A stretch of DNA of 63,126 nt, counting the filler, from an uncultured bacterium (GTDB lineage: Bacteria > Latescibacterota > UBA2968): assembly GCA_964471275.1 (NCBI GenBank). It is 9 parts of 9 records of this genome, joined end to end, with 100 filler letters (N's around TTAATTAATTAA, not from the genome) between each part and the next. Parts side by side here need not be neighbours in the genome. Positions count along the whole stretch, not along the records: positions 28,797 to 35,633 come from CAYYGZ010000240.1; positions 35,734 to 42,547 come from CAYYGZ010000241.1; 7 more parts are not named here. One strand, 5' to 3'. This document shows, piece after piece, positions 30,790 to 42,647 of this stretch. The stretch's first letter is position 1. Each line of letters starts with the position of its first letter. The position numbers and the translations under genes were made by a program. A model generated the notes under the pieces. That model was not told where the DNA came from. It worked only from the letters and a program-made list of their open reading frames with translations, and searched no databases.

Positions 30790-31365
30790 CCCGAACACGG
30801 ATACTGGACCGGCGATATCAGATGCTGATGCGGCCACTTCTTCCAGAACGAAACGGCGGTTCTGGAGCTCTACGATATTCCGGTGGGTCAGCCGCTTCAC
30901 TTTGTCCACGCGTGGATCCCTCGAGAGTCCTTCGATGAGGTCGTCGAATAGGATGGATGGGTGTTCGTCCGGTCTGGTGACGGGTATGCGGGAATCCAGC
31001 TGATGGGGACCCACGAATGGGTTGAGAGCGGGGACTACGCTGGAAAGGAACTGATCAGCCGTGGGCGACGAAACGGGGCCGTCTGCGAGGTGGGGTGCAG
31101 GGAGCGAAGCGGCCCGTTCGAGGCATTTATGGGAGAGATCGCGGGTCACCCGATCGACTTTGATCCTGACGCGCTGACGCTCACCTACGTTTCAGGACGA
31201 TGCGAGGAGATGCATCTTGACGGGCAGGGCGCGCGACGTGTGAACGGCGAGGATGTCGATCTGGATTATGCGTTGTATGATTGCCCTTATCTGCACTCCG
31301 ACTGGGACAGCGGAGTGCAAATGGCCCGTGTCGGTGAACGCTCGAAGGCTTATCGGTTTCTGTAA
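30790..31365 (+). pseudogene. C-terminal fragment of an unknown beta-rich protein with two in-frame stops
   Basis: GYWTGDIRC*CGHFFQNETAVLELYDIP...HAWIPRESFDEVVE*DGWVFVRSGDGYAG in one frame (TGA 30826, TAG 30949). Confidence 0.6.
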
Positions 31366-31577
31366 GGGTGTAGAGCACGAACCCGGATAATTCGCATATT
31401 GCCGACGATGGCTGTAGGCGTTCGGCCGAGAGGTCAGTGCGTACGGGGCCTCCGGCTCGCAAGGATTCCTCAGCTCGCGTTATTCTAGACGAGTTGCGGT
31501 CACTGGTCGCGATTTGCCGCTCTAGCATCGTGTATGCTTGCACCCTTGGAATGACGTTGGTTGGTTTTGTGAATCGC

Positions 31578-33770
31578 TCAGGCGAGTACGGCAACGTGCG
31601 ACGCCAGGATCCGCCCATCCTCTTTCTTCGTGATTTCTGTTCCTTCCGCTGAATCGAATGCCGAATCCTCATCACCGAAATTCGCGATGACGCGATAGGT
31701 CACACTGTCAGCGCCAACCACAGCCATTCCTCGAATATTGTCAGAGATGGACCGGATGGCCGTCGGCTTGTGGGCCGCCGAATACGCGGCCGTTTCTTCT
31801 CCCGATACACCCGACAGGAGCAGCGCACCGATGTCGACCAGCGTGCTGCCCGTGTCGACGGCCTGTCTCTCGTCACTTCCGCCCATGCAGATTTCGTCCA
31901 CATACAGGTTGCCTCCAGCCTTCTCGGTGTGCTGGCGGTTCGTGTATGGCTTGATGTAGATCTGCCGATCCGCGGGTCGGTGAATCGACAGCGCCGGACC
32001 ATATCCCCTGACGACCGACCAGCAGGCATCTACGTTCAGCCAGTCGCCCGGTATATCGCGTCTCTCCGAGTGACCCGGGCAGCCGGCCAGCTCGAACTGA
32101 CCCTCGGAGTGTATGTAGGTGCGGGACATCGTGTTGAAGATGTCGTTAGGCATCTGGTAAAACAGTCCCTTGACCTCGGGCAGCCAGACTCGTCGGAGGG
32201 CCCGTGCGCGTTGGAGAACGACAACCGTGCGATCGTCGGGTAGAGCCACACACGCGACGTCGATTTGTGCGATGTCCTGAGCGGATTCGCCTTCGGAAAT
32301 GGGCTGATGACTGTGCACGGTGATGTGCCCACACGTGGCGAAGCCTCCGTCGAAGAGCTCGTTCTGCGAGGGATCACAGTTTGCGTCGTTAAAGGCCCCA
32401 AGACCGCGGATTCGTGGTACCAGGTTGCCCTGCCACTCGGCCATGGAACTCGCGGCCGGAGGCATACACATACCTTGAGGAGGACGGGCCGCGCACCAGG
32501 TCCAGGAAGCCAGTCGTTGCTGTCCCCGTGAGAGAGCGCTGCCGTGGTAGTCGTCGCGCCAGCCGGTCAACACGGGGATGTCCGCGTGGCTCGAAGATGA
32601 GGATTCCCGATCCGCGAGCAGCTTGTGGTAGTAGGCGCCCATCGAGAGGGTGACCGCCCGATCGCCTTCGAGGCGGACATAGTAGATGGGAGAGACCTTT
32701 TCGAGCGGTGTCAGCCGAGCGGAGAGGAAGGTGTCATCTTCCGTGTGATCGGCTTCTCGCTGCAGAATATCGAGCCAGCCTCTTTCCTGCTGCTCAACAC
32801 TGTCATCCCCCCAGAGATCGCGCGCCAGCAGCCACATCGGGATCGCATAGTCCTGGCAATAGCAGTAACGCACCCGCGTGTCGCCACCGATGCGCCAGAG
32901 CCGACCGTCGTCGAAGGTGCACGTCTTGACGAGTTGCCACAGTTCCTTTGCGTGATGATAAAGACCCTCAGGGATGTCCCAGCCGTTTGCGACGCAGGAG
33001 AAGTGCATCATCGCGATGTTTGATAGACAGATGCCCATGTAGCCGACGTTGAGGTAGCCGTGATGATTGCACGCCATGTTGTCGTACATGTTCGCGCCGA
33101 CGTGCCAGTCGGAGACCGGGCGGCCGGACACGATGTCCTCGAGGTCTGCATCTGATGGCGTTGAGATCCCGTTGAGCAGGAATCGGGTGCCTTTCTCGAG
33201 ATACTCGTCTCTGCGGGCCGTATCCGGGACTTCTCGAGCAGTTCGATGGAGCATACAGCCGTTCCAGATATTGCTTTCCGGTTTGTTGTTCTCAACCAGA
33301 CCGGCCGTGATTTCGTAGTGGTCAAGGAGCCAATCGCTCTCGGAGACGTGCACGCGGTAAAGCAGATCGCGATCTTCGTCAGGCAGGAGATCACCAAGTG
33401 CGTCGGTTGCGTGACCCAGTCGCTCCAAACAGAGAACGCTGATCCAGAAGTGACCCCACGTTTCGAGGTCGGTTGCCGCTCCCCCGCCGACGTGATGACT
33501 GCGAAGGTTGAAGCGGATCATCTTCAGAGCCCAGGACAGCATTTCGTCCTGGCTCATCCCAGCCCTGGCGAAGTCCGTGTCATCGTCGACGGCCAGAACA
33601 GCAAGGGCTGCAGCCGCGGTGTTGTTTGCCTGCATCGACCAGTGGCCGTGGTCGCCGGGCCCCATGCACGCTGAGTCAGGGTCGCTCGGAAGCGTATACA
33701 GGTTGCTTCGCATCGCCGCAGGCCATCGCTCGACCCGTCGGAGATATCGTTTTTTGAGCTCACTGCTCAT
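31578..33770 (-). CDS. Hypothetical 730-aa protein, possibly with a polysaccharide-lyase-like (alpha/alpha toroid + beta-sandwich) fold
   Basis: GAGGAAGG RBS; helical N-half with NKPESNIWN and NHHGYLNVGYM, beta-rich C-half; the fold call is inference. Confidence 0.7.
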   Translation of the reverse strand: MSSELKKRYLRRVERWPAAMRSNLYTLPSDPDSACMGPGDHGHWSMQANNTAAAALAVLAVDDDTDFARAGMSQDEMLSWALKMIRFNLRSHHVGGGAATDLETWGHFWISVLCLERLGHATDALGDLLPDEDRDLLYRVHVSESDWLLDHYEITAGLVENNKPESNIWNGCMLHRTAREVPDTARRDEYLEKGTRFLLNGISTPSDADLEDIVSGRPVSDWHVGANMYDNMACNHHGYLNVGYMGICLSNIAMMHFSCVANGWDIPEGLYHHAKELWQLVKTCTFDDGRLWRIGGDTRVRYCYCQDYAIPMWLLARDLWGDDSVEQQERGWLDILQREADHTEDDTFLSARLTPLEKVSPIYYVRLEGDRAVTLSMGAYYHKLLADRESSSSSHADIPVLTGWRDDYHGSALSRGQQRLASWTWCAARPPQGMCMPPAASSMAEWQGNLVPRIRGLGAFNDANCDPSQNELFDGGFATCGHITVHSHQPISEGESAQDIAQIDVACVALPDDRTVVVLQRARALRRVWLPEVKGLFYQMPNDIFNTMSRTYIHSEGQFELAGCPGHSERRDIPGDWLNVDACWSVVRGYGPALSIHRPADRQIYIKPYTNRQHTEKAGGNLYVDEICMGGSDERQAVDTGSTLVDIGALLLSGVSGEETAAYSAAHKPTAIRSISDNIRGMAVVGADSVTYRVIANFGDEDSAFDSAEGTEITKKEDGRILASHVAVLA

Positions 33771-33952
33771 CCTTCCTCACTCAGTTTCAGGCTGTGTATG
33801 CTCGGCATTATACCACGCATACGGCCCTCTTGTCCGTGTTTCGATCATTGCAGAGCCGACTTGATATCACAATGTAATGTACTGTTCTTGATGACAGGTG
33901 CAAGGAAGTGTCACGCCGTGTAGGGGGCATATCTGGATCGGGAGGAATAGCT

Positions 33953-34808
33953 ATGTGGACCGCGATCCTGCTGACCTTTCAGTTGTCGATCAGCACCTTT
34001 GCTTCGGACGGTTCAGCAGCTGGTGAGAGTCCGTTAGACGGTAAGCCGAAGAGCTTCGTCATTGTTGGCTACTCGACGAGCTTCCTTTGGCCAACGATGT
34101 ATGCAGACCTTGCTGGATCATCACGCGGGGAAGCCAGACGTCTATCATGTTCTGAACGCTGCCGCAGGTGGGTCACCGGTCGTGATGTGGCTGAAGGGCC
34201 ACAAGAACTATGGCAGGACCTACGCGAGGATGATGAAGAACTACGTGTCCGAAAATGCCGAGAAGCTTGAAGGGCGTCCGCCTCCAACGGTCGCGTTCTG
34301 TCAACAGTTCCTGCAAGGCGCATTCGGGGACCGGCGCGTGGGGATCGAAGGGCCTGAGGACAACGACCGGATACGACTCGGGGCCGACACATTCTTCCGG
34401 CTGGCGGAGCAGTTCCGGGAAGACGGGATGCGTATCGTCTACATCGCCGCTCACATTTACAAGAAACCGATGGAACCCGAGATCGGGAATGAGAGGCTTG
34501 CGCTTCGCGCCCTTCTCGACTGCGGTCACGACTACATCCGATCAGGACCTGATGTGTGGGAGCCGATGAGAGACGCGTTTCCGAGTGGATTTTCAGCCGT
34601 GGACAAGGTGCATCTCTGCGTTTCAGGGGCACGGATCATGGCGGAGCTGTGGTATCTCGCGATCGCAAGCACCATGGCCCGCGATGAGGTGATTCGGATG
34701 ATGCACGCTGAACCGTTCCCAGATTTCGTGAAGACTGAGAGCAAACGCAAGGCAGGAAGAGCGCGGCGACTCAAAGCCCGACAGGAGCGCGAAGCGAATG
34801 ACAGGTAG
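33953..34808 (+). pseudogene. Secreted SGNH-like hydrolase with one frameshift near 34098
   Basis: GGAGG RBS, signal peptide, FVIVGYSTS (block I), then a frame change at ATGTATGCAG into HVLNAAAGGSP...DKVHL (blocks II and V). Confidence 0.65.
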
Positions 34809-35633
34809 TCGCTGGATCAAATTCGCCTTTGTGCTAGTTCTCCTGGCTTCGCTGAATGCGTGCCTGCCCTCCGATCCGCGCACAGGTAGCAGCGATGTAG
34901 CTGAAGCTTCTCGTGTCGAACGATCCAAACGAAAAACATCGGCCCCGCTGACCCTCGATCCAGAGATTCTGAATACGCGAAAGTTCAGTGAGTCTCCGTC
35001 GCTCGCGGAATCTGTCAACCTTGGAACACTCCCGCCCATATCTGAACGTCTGCCAGAGAGCCCGCTCGTTGTTGTTCCTCTCGAGGAAGTCGGTCAATAT
35101 GGAGGCAGGATCCGGCGAGCACTGACGGGCGACATCGTCCAGACTCCCGGTGTCTCAAAGACAATGGTCGTCAGCCTGCTCGGATACGAGCGACCCTTGC
35201 CGAAGAGCATCCAGCTGATGTTGGCGGAAGGATACGAATTCCAGGATGAGGGACGCACGGCGATTTTCCATCTTCGGAAGGGGATCAAATGGTCGGATGG
35301 CGTACCGCTGACGGTCGATGATATCCTGTTCTGGTATTACGACATGAATTTGAACGACGATGCACGCGCATCGGCTTTACCTGGACGTATCTGGTTTATC
35401 GATGATGTCCCGGTGAAGATGGAGAAGATCGACGACCACACACTCAAGGTCAGCTCGCACAAGCCGATGGGACGCATTCGGAATGCCTTTGTGGGTGGAT
35501 CGATCGCCCAGCCCAAGCACGTCCTGAAGAACCTGCACCCGAAGTACAACCCCGAGTCCAGTTACGAGACCTTCCGAGACAGTACGACGGGTGCCCAGAT
35601 CCTGTACAACAAGAAGATCCCGACGTTGGGCCC
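34798..35633 (+). CDS. ABC transporter substrate-binding lipoprotein (family 5, peptide/oligosaccharide); 3'-truncated
   Basis: Lipobox LNAC; LPPISERLP, GQYGG, FHLRKGIKWSDGVPLTVDD. Confidence 0.92.
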
Positions 35634-35733
35634 NNNNNNNNNNNNNNNNNNNNNNNNNNNNNNNNNNNNNNNNNNNNTTAATTAATTAANNNNNNNNNNN
35701 NNNNNNNNNNNNNNNNNNNNNNNNNNNNNNNNN

Positions 35734-35984
35734 TGCGACAGGTATCCGATCCCTTCTCTGGCGCGGCGATAGGTGGGAAGCGAGGTGATGTCCGCGTTGC
35801 CGAGCAGGATGTGTCCGCCGTCCGGTCGGAGAAGCCCAACGATGGCGTGAAACGTCGTCGTCTTACCCGCGCCATTCGGCCCGAGAAGACCAACGACCTC
35901 ACCTGAGGCAACATCCAGATCCACGTGTTTGACGACGACCCGTCTCCCATATCGCTTCGTCAATCCGCGCACGGAGAGATTCAT
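35734..35984 (-). CDS. lptB: LPS export ABC transporter ATP-binding protein; 3'-truncated
   Basis: [29 protein letters not shown]; downstream of lptC/lptA-like genes. Confidence 0.93.
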
Positions 35985-37360
35985 GGGGTCTTTCCTGTCT
36001 GGTATCTTCCCTGGACACGTCCCTTCACTTCTGCCTTCGCGAGGCGCCCTGCTTCGAACACAAGGTGGAGGCGATCACCAGACAACCGGGCCGGATGGTC
36101 TCCCTGGATCTCACAGACCGCGTTGGAATCTACCCGTATCGCTCGAACCTGCGATCCGACGAGGTCGATGGCCACACCTTGCCCGGTAATGTGCGCCCGC
36201 AAGTCGCTGCTCCCCGAGGCGTGGTGAAGGTCACCGGAACCATTGACGTGCACGCGATCTGGCTCACCAGCTGTGAGCCGAACAGAAGCGTCCTCCCCAT
36301 CCAGCTGGCTGAACGTGGAATCCGGCCCGGCGAGCACGATCCGAACGTTGCCAAACGCGGCCAAATCCGTCAGGTCGCCACCATCAAACGCCAATCGACT
36401 CGTATCGGCAGATACAGCCGTGCTGACGTGCCCTGCTTCCTCTTCTCGCTGGATGTCAATCCGGCTGGACCCTGTGAGTTCCATTCCCCGGAGGAGGCTC
36501 GCCTCCGTGATCATCACCGTCTTGTCCGCGGTTGTCGATGTCGAATCCGTTTCTGAGCGGGGTCTCGCAAGTTGGGTCTCCCCCTTGAGCACGACCCGGT
36601 CTCCCTGTTTGTGGACTGTCGCGGTATGTGCATTTCCGCGCCACTGGCCCTGCCTCAGGCTCACACTCCCGGTGAAAAGCGTGCGATTCCTCTTCTCCCC
36701 CGATGAAAACCGATCGGACGCGATGGTCAATGTTTCTGCCTTGGCCTGCGTGAATCGCACGTCGCCGCTTCCGCTGGTGCTATCAGACGTGGCATCCCGG
36801 AACCACCGGTCTGCCTTGATTTCGCCTTGATTTTCGGGCAAACTGATGTGCACGTCACCCGAGGCCTCGATTGTCTGCGTGGTTGCGTGATAGGTCACCT
36901 GTGCTGCCGACAGTCTGCAATCCGCGTCAGCCAGGCTGACGTGTCCGGACAGATCGGCCGTCTGATTTGCGGCGTCGTAGATCACCCTGTCCGCGTAGAC
37001 GAGGTATCGGTCGTCCCAAAACGCCACATTCTGATAGAAAGAATACTGCCTGGAGTCGGTTGAAACGACAGCAGAATCTGCCTCGATCCGACTGTGCTGG
37101 AAGGATGCCCTGACGTCGCCAGCATAGGTGCGACGGGTGATGCCGCTCTCCGATCGCGTCTCGCTGTGATCTGCCCGAACTTCGTCGGCGAAAATGCTTG
37201 CGACGCCAGTGAGAAGAGAGAGACCGAGGCTAACGAGAAGAATCGCCAGACGTGTGGCTGAGAGATTCGATACGTGTGACAACCTCTCGGAGCGTCCAGG
37301 AGGACAGGTCGGATCTTGCCTCAAAGCCAATGCCTGTTTCGGTGCCATCCACGTCCTCAA
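35981..37360 (-). CDS. LptA/OstA-like beta-jellyroll protein (long, multi-repeat); true start probably near 37280
   Basis: Repeated beta-strand motifs (GDVRA, IEADSA, LSGHV, ASGDV) between lptC and lptB. Confidence 0.75.
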   Translation of the reverse strand: MRTWMAPKQALALRQDPTCPPGRSERLSHVSNLSATRLAILLVSLGLSLLTGVASIFADEVRADHSETRSESGITRRTYAGDVRASFQHSRIEADSAVVSTDSRQYSFYQNVAFWDDRYLVYADRVIYDAANQTADLSGHVSLADADCRLSAAQVTYHATTQTIEASGDVHISLPENQGEIKADRWFRDATSDSTSGSGDVRFTQAKAETLTIASDRFSSGEKRNRTLFTGSVSLRQGQWRGNAHTATVHKQGDRVVLKGETQLARPRSETDSTSTTADKTVMITEASLLRGMELTGSSRIDIQREEEAGHVSTAVSADTSRLAFDGGDLTDLAAFGNVRIVLAGPDSTFSQLDGEDASVRLTAGEPDRVHVNGSGDLHHASGSSDLRAHITGQGVAIDLVGSQVRAIRVDSNAVCEIQGDHPARLSGDRLHLVFEAGRLAKAEVKGRVQGRYQTGKTP

Positions 37361-37781
37361 TCCGGACCCTGGATGGGCCGCGAATCATCTCTGTTTCTTC
37401 CTCCCACCGCAGTGTATCGGTGTAGAGCGTTGAGCCCCGATCAGACTTGAGAACGACGCTGTCCGTGGCAGTCAGGACCCGGCGGCCTTGGTCGATCAGA
37501 GCCCGTCGGGATGTTAGCGTAGAGAGCACCTTGCCTGAGCCAGGTGCGTAGAAGGTCACGGACACGCCTTGGTCGAGACGTAAAACGCGTTCGCGGTCGT
37601 ACTTACGGAGATGGGGAGACCGGATCAAGGCACGGAGACGGCCATTCCGCGTGACCTGCTTCGTCACATCCCAGCCTTCCTGGTCCGGAATGTCCGGGCT
37701 CGCCGTCCGGACGGGGCGGGAGTCTTCGCGCACGCGACCACAGGCGCCCAGCAGAAGGAATAGGAGGAGGACCCGGACCAC
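37230..37781 (-). CDS. lptC: LPS export periplasmic protein LptC (lipoprotein type)
   Basis: LLLGAC lipobox, PDQEGW, TLYTDTLRW, GIGFEA; position upstream of lptA/lptB. Confidence 0.85.
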   Translation of the reverse strand: MVRVLLLFLLLGACGRVREDSRPVRTASPDIPDQEGWDVTKQVTRNGRLRALIRSPHLRKYDRERVLRLDQGVSVTFYAPGSGKVLSTLTSRRALIDQGRRVLTATDSVVLKSDRGSTLYTDTLRWEEETEMIRGPSRVRIEDVDGTETGIGFEARSDLSSWTLREVVTRIESLSHTSGDSSR

Positions 37782-37786
37782 GCGGC

Positions 37787-39649
<1,863 letters not shown>

Positions 39650-39937
39650 CTATTCGATAACCTTGGGGACCCTGAAATGACCGTGCCCTGATTTGGGAGC
39701 ATTTGCCAGGGCCGCCTCCTGGGAGAGAGACGGTAACGGCTCATCGGGCCGAAAAACATTCGAGATCGGGAGAACGTGAGCGGTCGGGGAAGCCTGGCTC
39801 GTATCCAGTTCAGCCAAGGAGGCGACATAAGTCAGCATCTGGTTGAGATCCGTGACGAGACGGGTCTCCTCTTCCTCGGCTAAACGCAGCCTGGCGAGTT
39901 TTGCGACTTTTCTCACGTCTTCTATGGTTACTGACAT
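39650..39937 (-). CDS. gatC: Asp/Glu-tRNA amidotransferase subunit C
   Basis: VRKVAKLARL...LAELDT...ALANAP...FRVPKVIE. Confidence 0.95.
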   Translation of the reverse strand: MSVTIEDVRKVAKLARLRLAEEEETRLVTDLNQMLTYVASLAELDTSQASPTAHVLPISNVFRPDEPLPSLSQEAALANAPKSGHGHFRVPKVIE

Positions 39938-40014
39938 CTCAAGGCCTCAATCGGGTCCAACTGCTTGGGTCAATATCAGACATTGGTTCGCCGAAATCAA
40001 GAATAAGCGACCAA

Positions 40015-42246
40015 TTAACCTGGCAGCAAATGCGCATACCTCTGGACCACCTTCTTTGTGGTGCCCTGGAAGCGGATTGTAAGCTTTGCATCGTCCCCCG
40101 ATCCGGATCGTGCCTCGATGCAGCCCTTCCCCCACGTCGGGTGGACGACCCACGCCCCCACGTCTGTGTTGAGCTCACCGGCCGCTCTGGCAGGCTCTAC
40201 GTAAGCCTCCTCTTCCTCTTCGTAGCTCTCCTCCTCCTCTTCTCCACCGATTTCCTGGATCTTGTAGCCAGCGTCAACGAGGTTTCCAGGAATCTCACTC
40301 AGGAAGCGGGAAGGCTTCGAGGAAACCAGCCCCCCATACCGCCTCCGCTCGTGCGTGTAGGACAGGAATAGGCGATCCATCGCCCGTGTGATTCCCACGT
40401 AGAGGAGTCGGCGCTCCTCCTCGAGTGATGCTTCATCATCAAGGTCTTCAGCGGAGCGGATGATCGGGAACAGCCCGTCTTCCATCCCGCAGATGACAAC
40501 CGCGCGAAACTCGAGACCCTTGGCGCTGTGCATCGTCATCAAGGTTATCGCATCCGCTTCCTCATCCCACCCGTCGATATCGGTCATCAGGGAGACTTCA
40601 CGTAGAAACTCCGAAACCGTTGGATCTGCGGCCCTCACCACGAACGCCTGGATGTTGGTCACCATTTCCTGGACGTTGTCTCTCCGGCTTTCTGCGTCCG
40701 GCAGGCCATAGGGGCCCAGATTGAGCAAGAAGTCCGTGGACTTGATGACGTGAAGGGCCAGTTCGTCCGCGGTTTCGGTCGCCGCCGCCTCCCGGAATCC
40801 ATCCATCAAAGCACGGAAACCACGGATCTTCTTCACCGCACCCGCGGAGAGCGTCTCAATCTGATCGCATGTTCCAAGGGCGTCGAAGAGACTTATCCCA
40901 GTCCGCGCCGCGCAGTCGAGCAAGCGGTCGACGGAAGTTTTGCCGATTCCGCGTTTGGGGGAATTGATGATACGAACGAGACTAACCGTATCAAGCGGGT
41001 TGTCGATCACCCGCAGGTAGGCGAGAAGATCCTTGATCTCCTTGCGCTCGTAGAACTTCACATCGCCAACGATCACATACGGGATGTTGGCCCGAACGAG
41101 ATGCTCTTCGAGCGCACGTGACTGCGCGTTCGTTCGATACAAGACGGCCGTATCCCGATACGCCATCTCACCCGAGTCCTTGAGCTCCTTCGCAAGCTGG
41201 CAGACCCAGCGCGCTTCATCCTTTTCGTCGAGAGTGCGTCTGAGCCGGATCAGCTCCCCGCCCGATCGATCTGACCAGAGCTCCTTCCCCTTCCGTCCAT
41301 GGTTGTGACCGATCACCGCGTTGCCCGCGTCCAGAATGACCTGAGTGGACCGGTAGTTCTGCTCCAGGCGGATCGTCGTCGTCTCCGGATAGTCCTTCTC
41401 GAAATCCAGAATATTCCGGATATCGGCCCCACGCCAGCCGTAGATACTCTGATCGTCGTCGCCGACCACACAGATATTTTGGTGCTCCTCGGCGAGGCTC
41501 TTTGCCAGCAGATACTGGGGCCGGTTCGTGTCTTGATACTCGTCGATCAGGATGTAGTCAAAGCGTTGTCGGTATTTCTCCAGGACTTCTTCGTTGTTCC
41601 GGAGGGTCACGACCGTTCTCATCAGGAGATCATCAAAATCCACCGCGTTGTTCGCCTGCAGTTCCTCCTGGTAGGCACGGTAGATCTTCGCGATCGCCTG
41701 GTCGTAGAAGGAATACGCCCGCTGCTCGACCGCGTCGGGGCTCGCCATACGATTCTTCTCGTTACTGATACGGCCACGAATCTGCTTTGGCGGGTAATCC
41801 TTGTCCGAGAGACCATTTGCCTTGATCGCTTTGCGGACGACGACAAGCTGGTCCGACGAATCGTAGATCGAAAAGTTGGGTTCCAGACCCGCCGCACCGG
41901 CCTCGATCCGGAGGAAGCGTGCACAGATCGAATGGAAAGTTCCCATCCAGAGCCCCTGAGCAGACCGCTGCAGCAATTCCTCCACCCGGGCCCGGATTTC
42001 ACCGGCGGCCTTGTTTGTGAAGGTCATCGCCAGAATTCGGTAGGGCGCGACATCGCAGTTCCCGATCAGATGCGCGATCCGCCGGGTCAACACTCGTGTC
42101 TTCCCCGAACCCGCGCCCGCAAGGATTAGGAGAGGTCCATCGACCGTCTCGACCGCCTCACGTTGAGGCGAATTCAGATCCGCGAATATCCTCTGATCCG
42201 GCACCTTCTCAGGCTCTGATACACCCAGGTTGAGCACTCCCTGCAA
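40015..42246 (-). CDS. pcrA: ATP-dependent DNA helicase PcrA/UvrD
   Basis: AGAGSGKTRVL, TFTNKAA, DEYQDTN, VGDDDQSIY, HSAKGLEF, YVGITRA, C-terminal Tudor-like VVHPTWGKG. Confidence 0.96.
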   Translation of the reverse strand: MQGVLNLGVSEPEKVPDQRIFADLNSPQREAVETVDGPLLILAGAGSGKTRVLTRRIAHLIGNCDVAPYRILAMTFTNKAAGEIRARVEELLQRSAQGLWMGTFHSICARFLRIEAGAAGLEPNFSIYDSSDQLVVVRKAIKANGLSDKDYPPKQIRGRISNEKNRMASPDAVEQRAYSFYDQAIAKIYRAYQEELQANNAVDFDDLLMRTVVTLRNNEEVLEKYRQRFDYILIDEYQDTNRPQYLLAKSLAEEHQNICVVGDDDQSIYGWRGADIRNILDFEKDYPETTTIRLEQNYRSTQVILDAGNAVIGHNHGRKGKELWSDRSGGELIRLRRTLDEKDEARWVCQLAKELKDSGEMAYRDTAVLYRTNAQSRALEEHLVRANIPYVIVGDVKFYERKEIKDLLAYLRVIDNPLDTVSLVRIINSPKRGIGKTSVDRLLDCAARTGISLFDALGTCDQIETLSAGAVKKIRGFRALMDGFREAAATETADELALHVIKSTDFLLNLGPYGLPDAESRRDNVQEMVTNIQAFVVRAADPTVSEFLREVSLMTDIDGWDEEADAITLMTMHSAKGLEFRAVVICGMEDGLFPIIRSAEDLDDEASLEEERRLLYVGITRAMDRLFLSYTHERRRYGGLVSSKPSRFLSEIPGNLVDAGYKIQEIGGEEEEESYEEEEEAYVEPARAAGELNTDVGAWVVHPTWGKGCIEARSGSGDDAKLTIRFQGTTKKVVQRYAHLLPG

Positions 42247-42248
42247 CC

Positions 42249-42547
42249 TTACCTCCGTTTGGTCTGTTTCCAGCTCTTTCGGCGAGCCGCCTTCGTCTTC
42301 TGCTTCGCCGCTTCGTGCTCGGCTGCCGTCTTCGTGAACAGATGCGACCCGTCTCCCTTTCCCACATATCCGAGGTTTACGTCTGGGTTGGTGTCGTCCG
42401 TGATGATACGGAGCGAGTAATCCGCGCCCTCCGCCCCAGCGCGCTCACGCACCATCAAGATCTTTCTGTACAGCGCGTCTTCAGGGAGGTATTCAACGTA
42501 ATGTGGGGTGATCCGGCTCATCGTCACCACATCCTCGGGCGGCATAA
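42249..42547 (-). pseudogene. Fragment resembling a mobile-element primase-associated ATPase; at the contig edge
   Basis: MPPEDV...SRIT...L.RKIL...E..GAEGADYSLR resembles phage/ICE primase-helicase proteins as recalled, then decays into a basic tail. Confidence 0.35.
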
Positions 42548-42647
42548 NNNNNNNNNNNNNNNNNNNNNNNNNNNNNNNNNNNNNNNNNNNNTTAATTAAT
42601 TAANNNNNNNNNNNNNNNNNNNNNNNNNNNNNNNNNNNNNNNNNNNN

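Noticed and set aside
30820..30835. C-TGA-C as a second selenocysteine site
   Set aside because: The same frame has a TAG at 30949, no clear start and no evident SECIS hairpin. A pseudogene explains it better.
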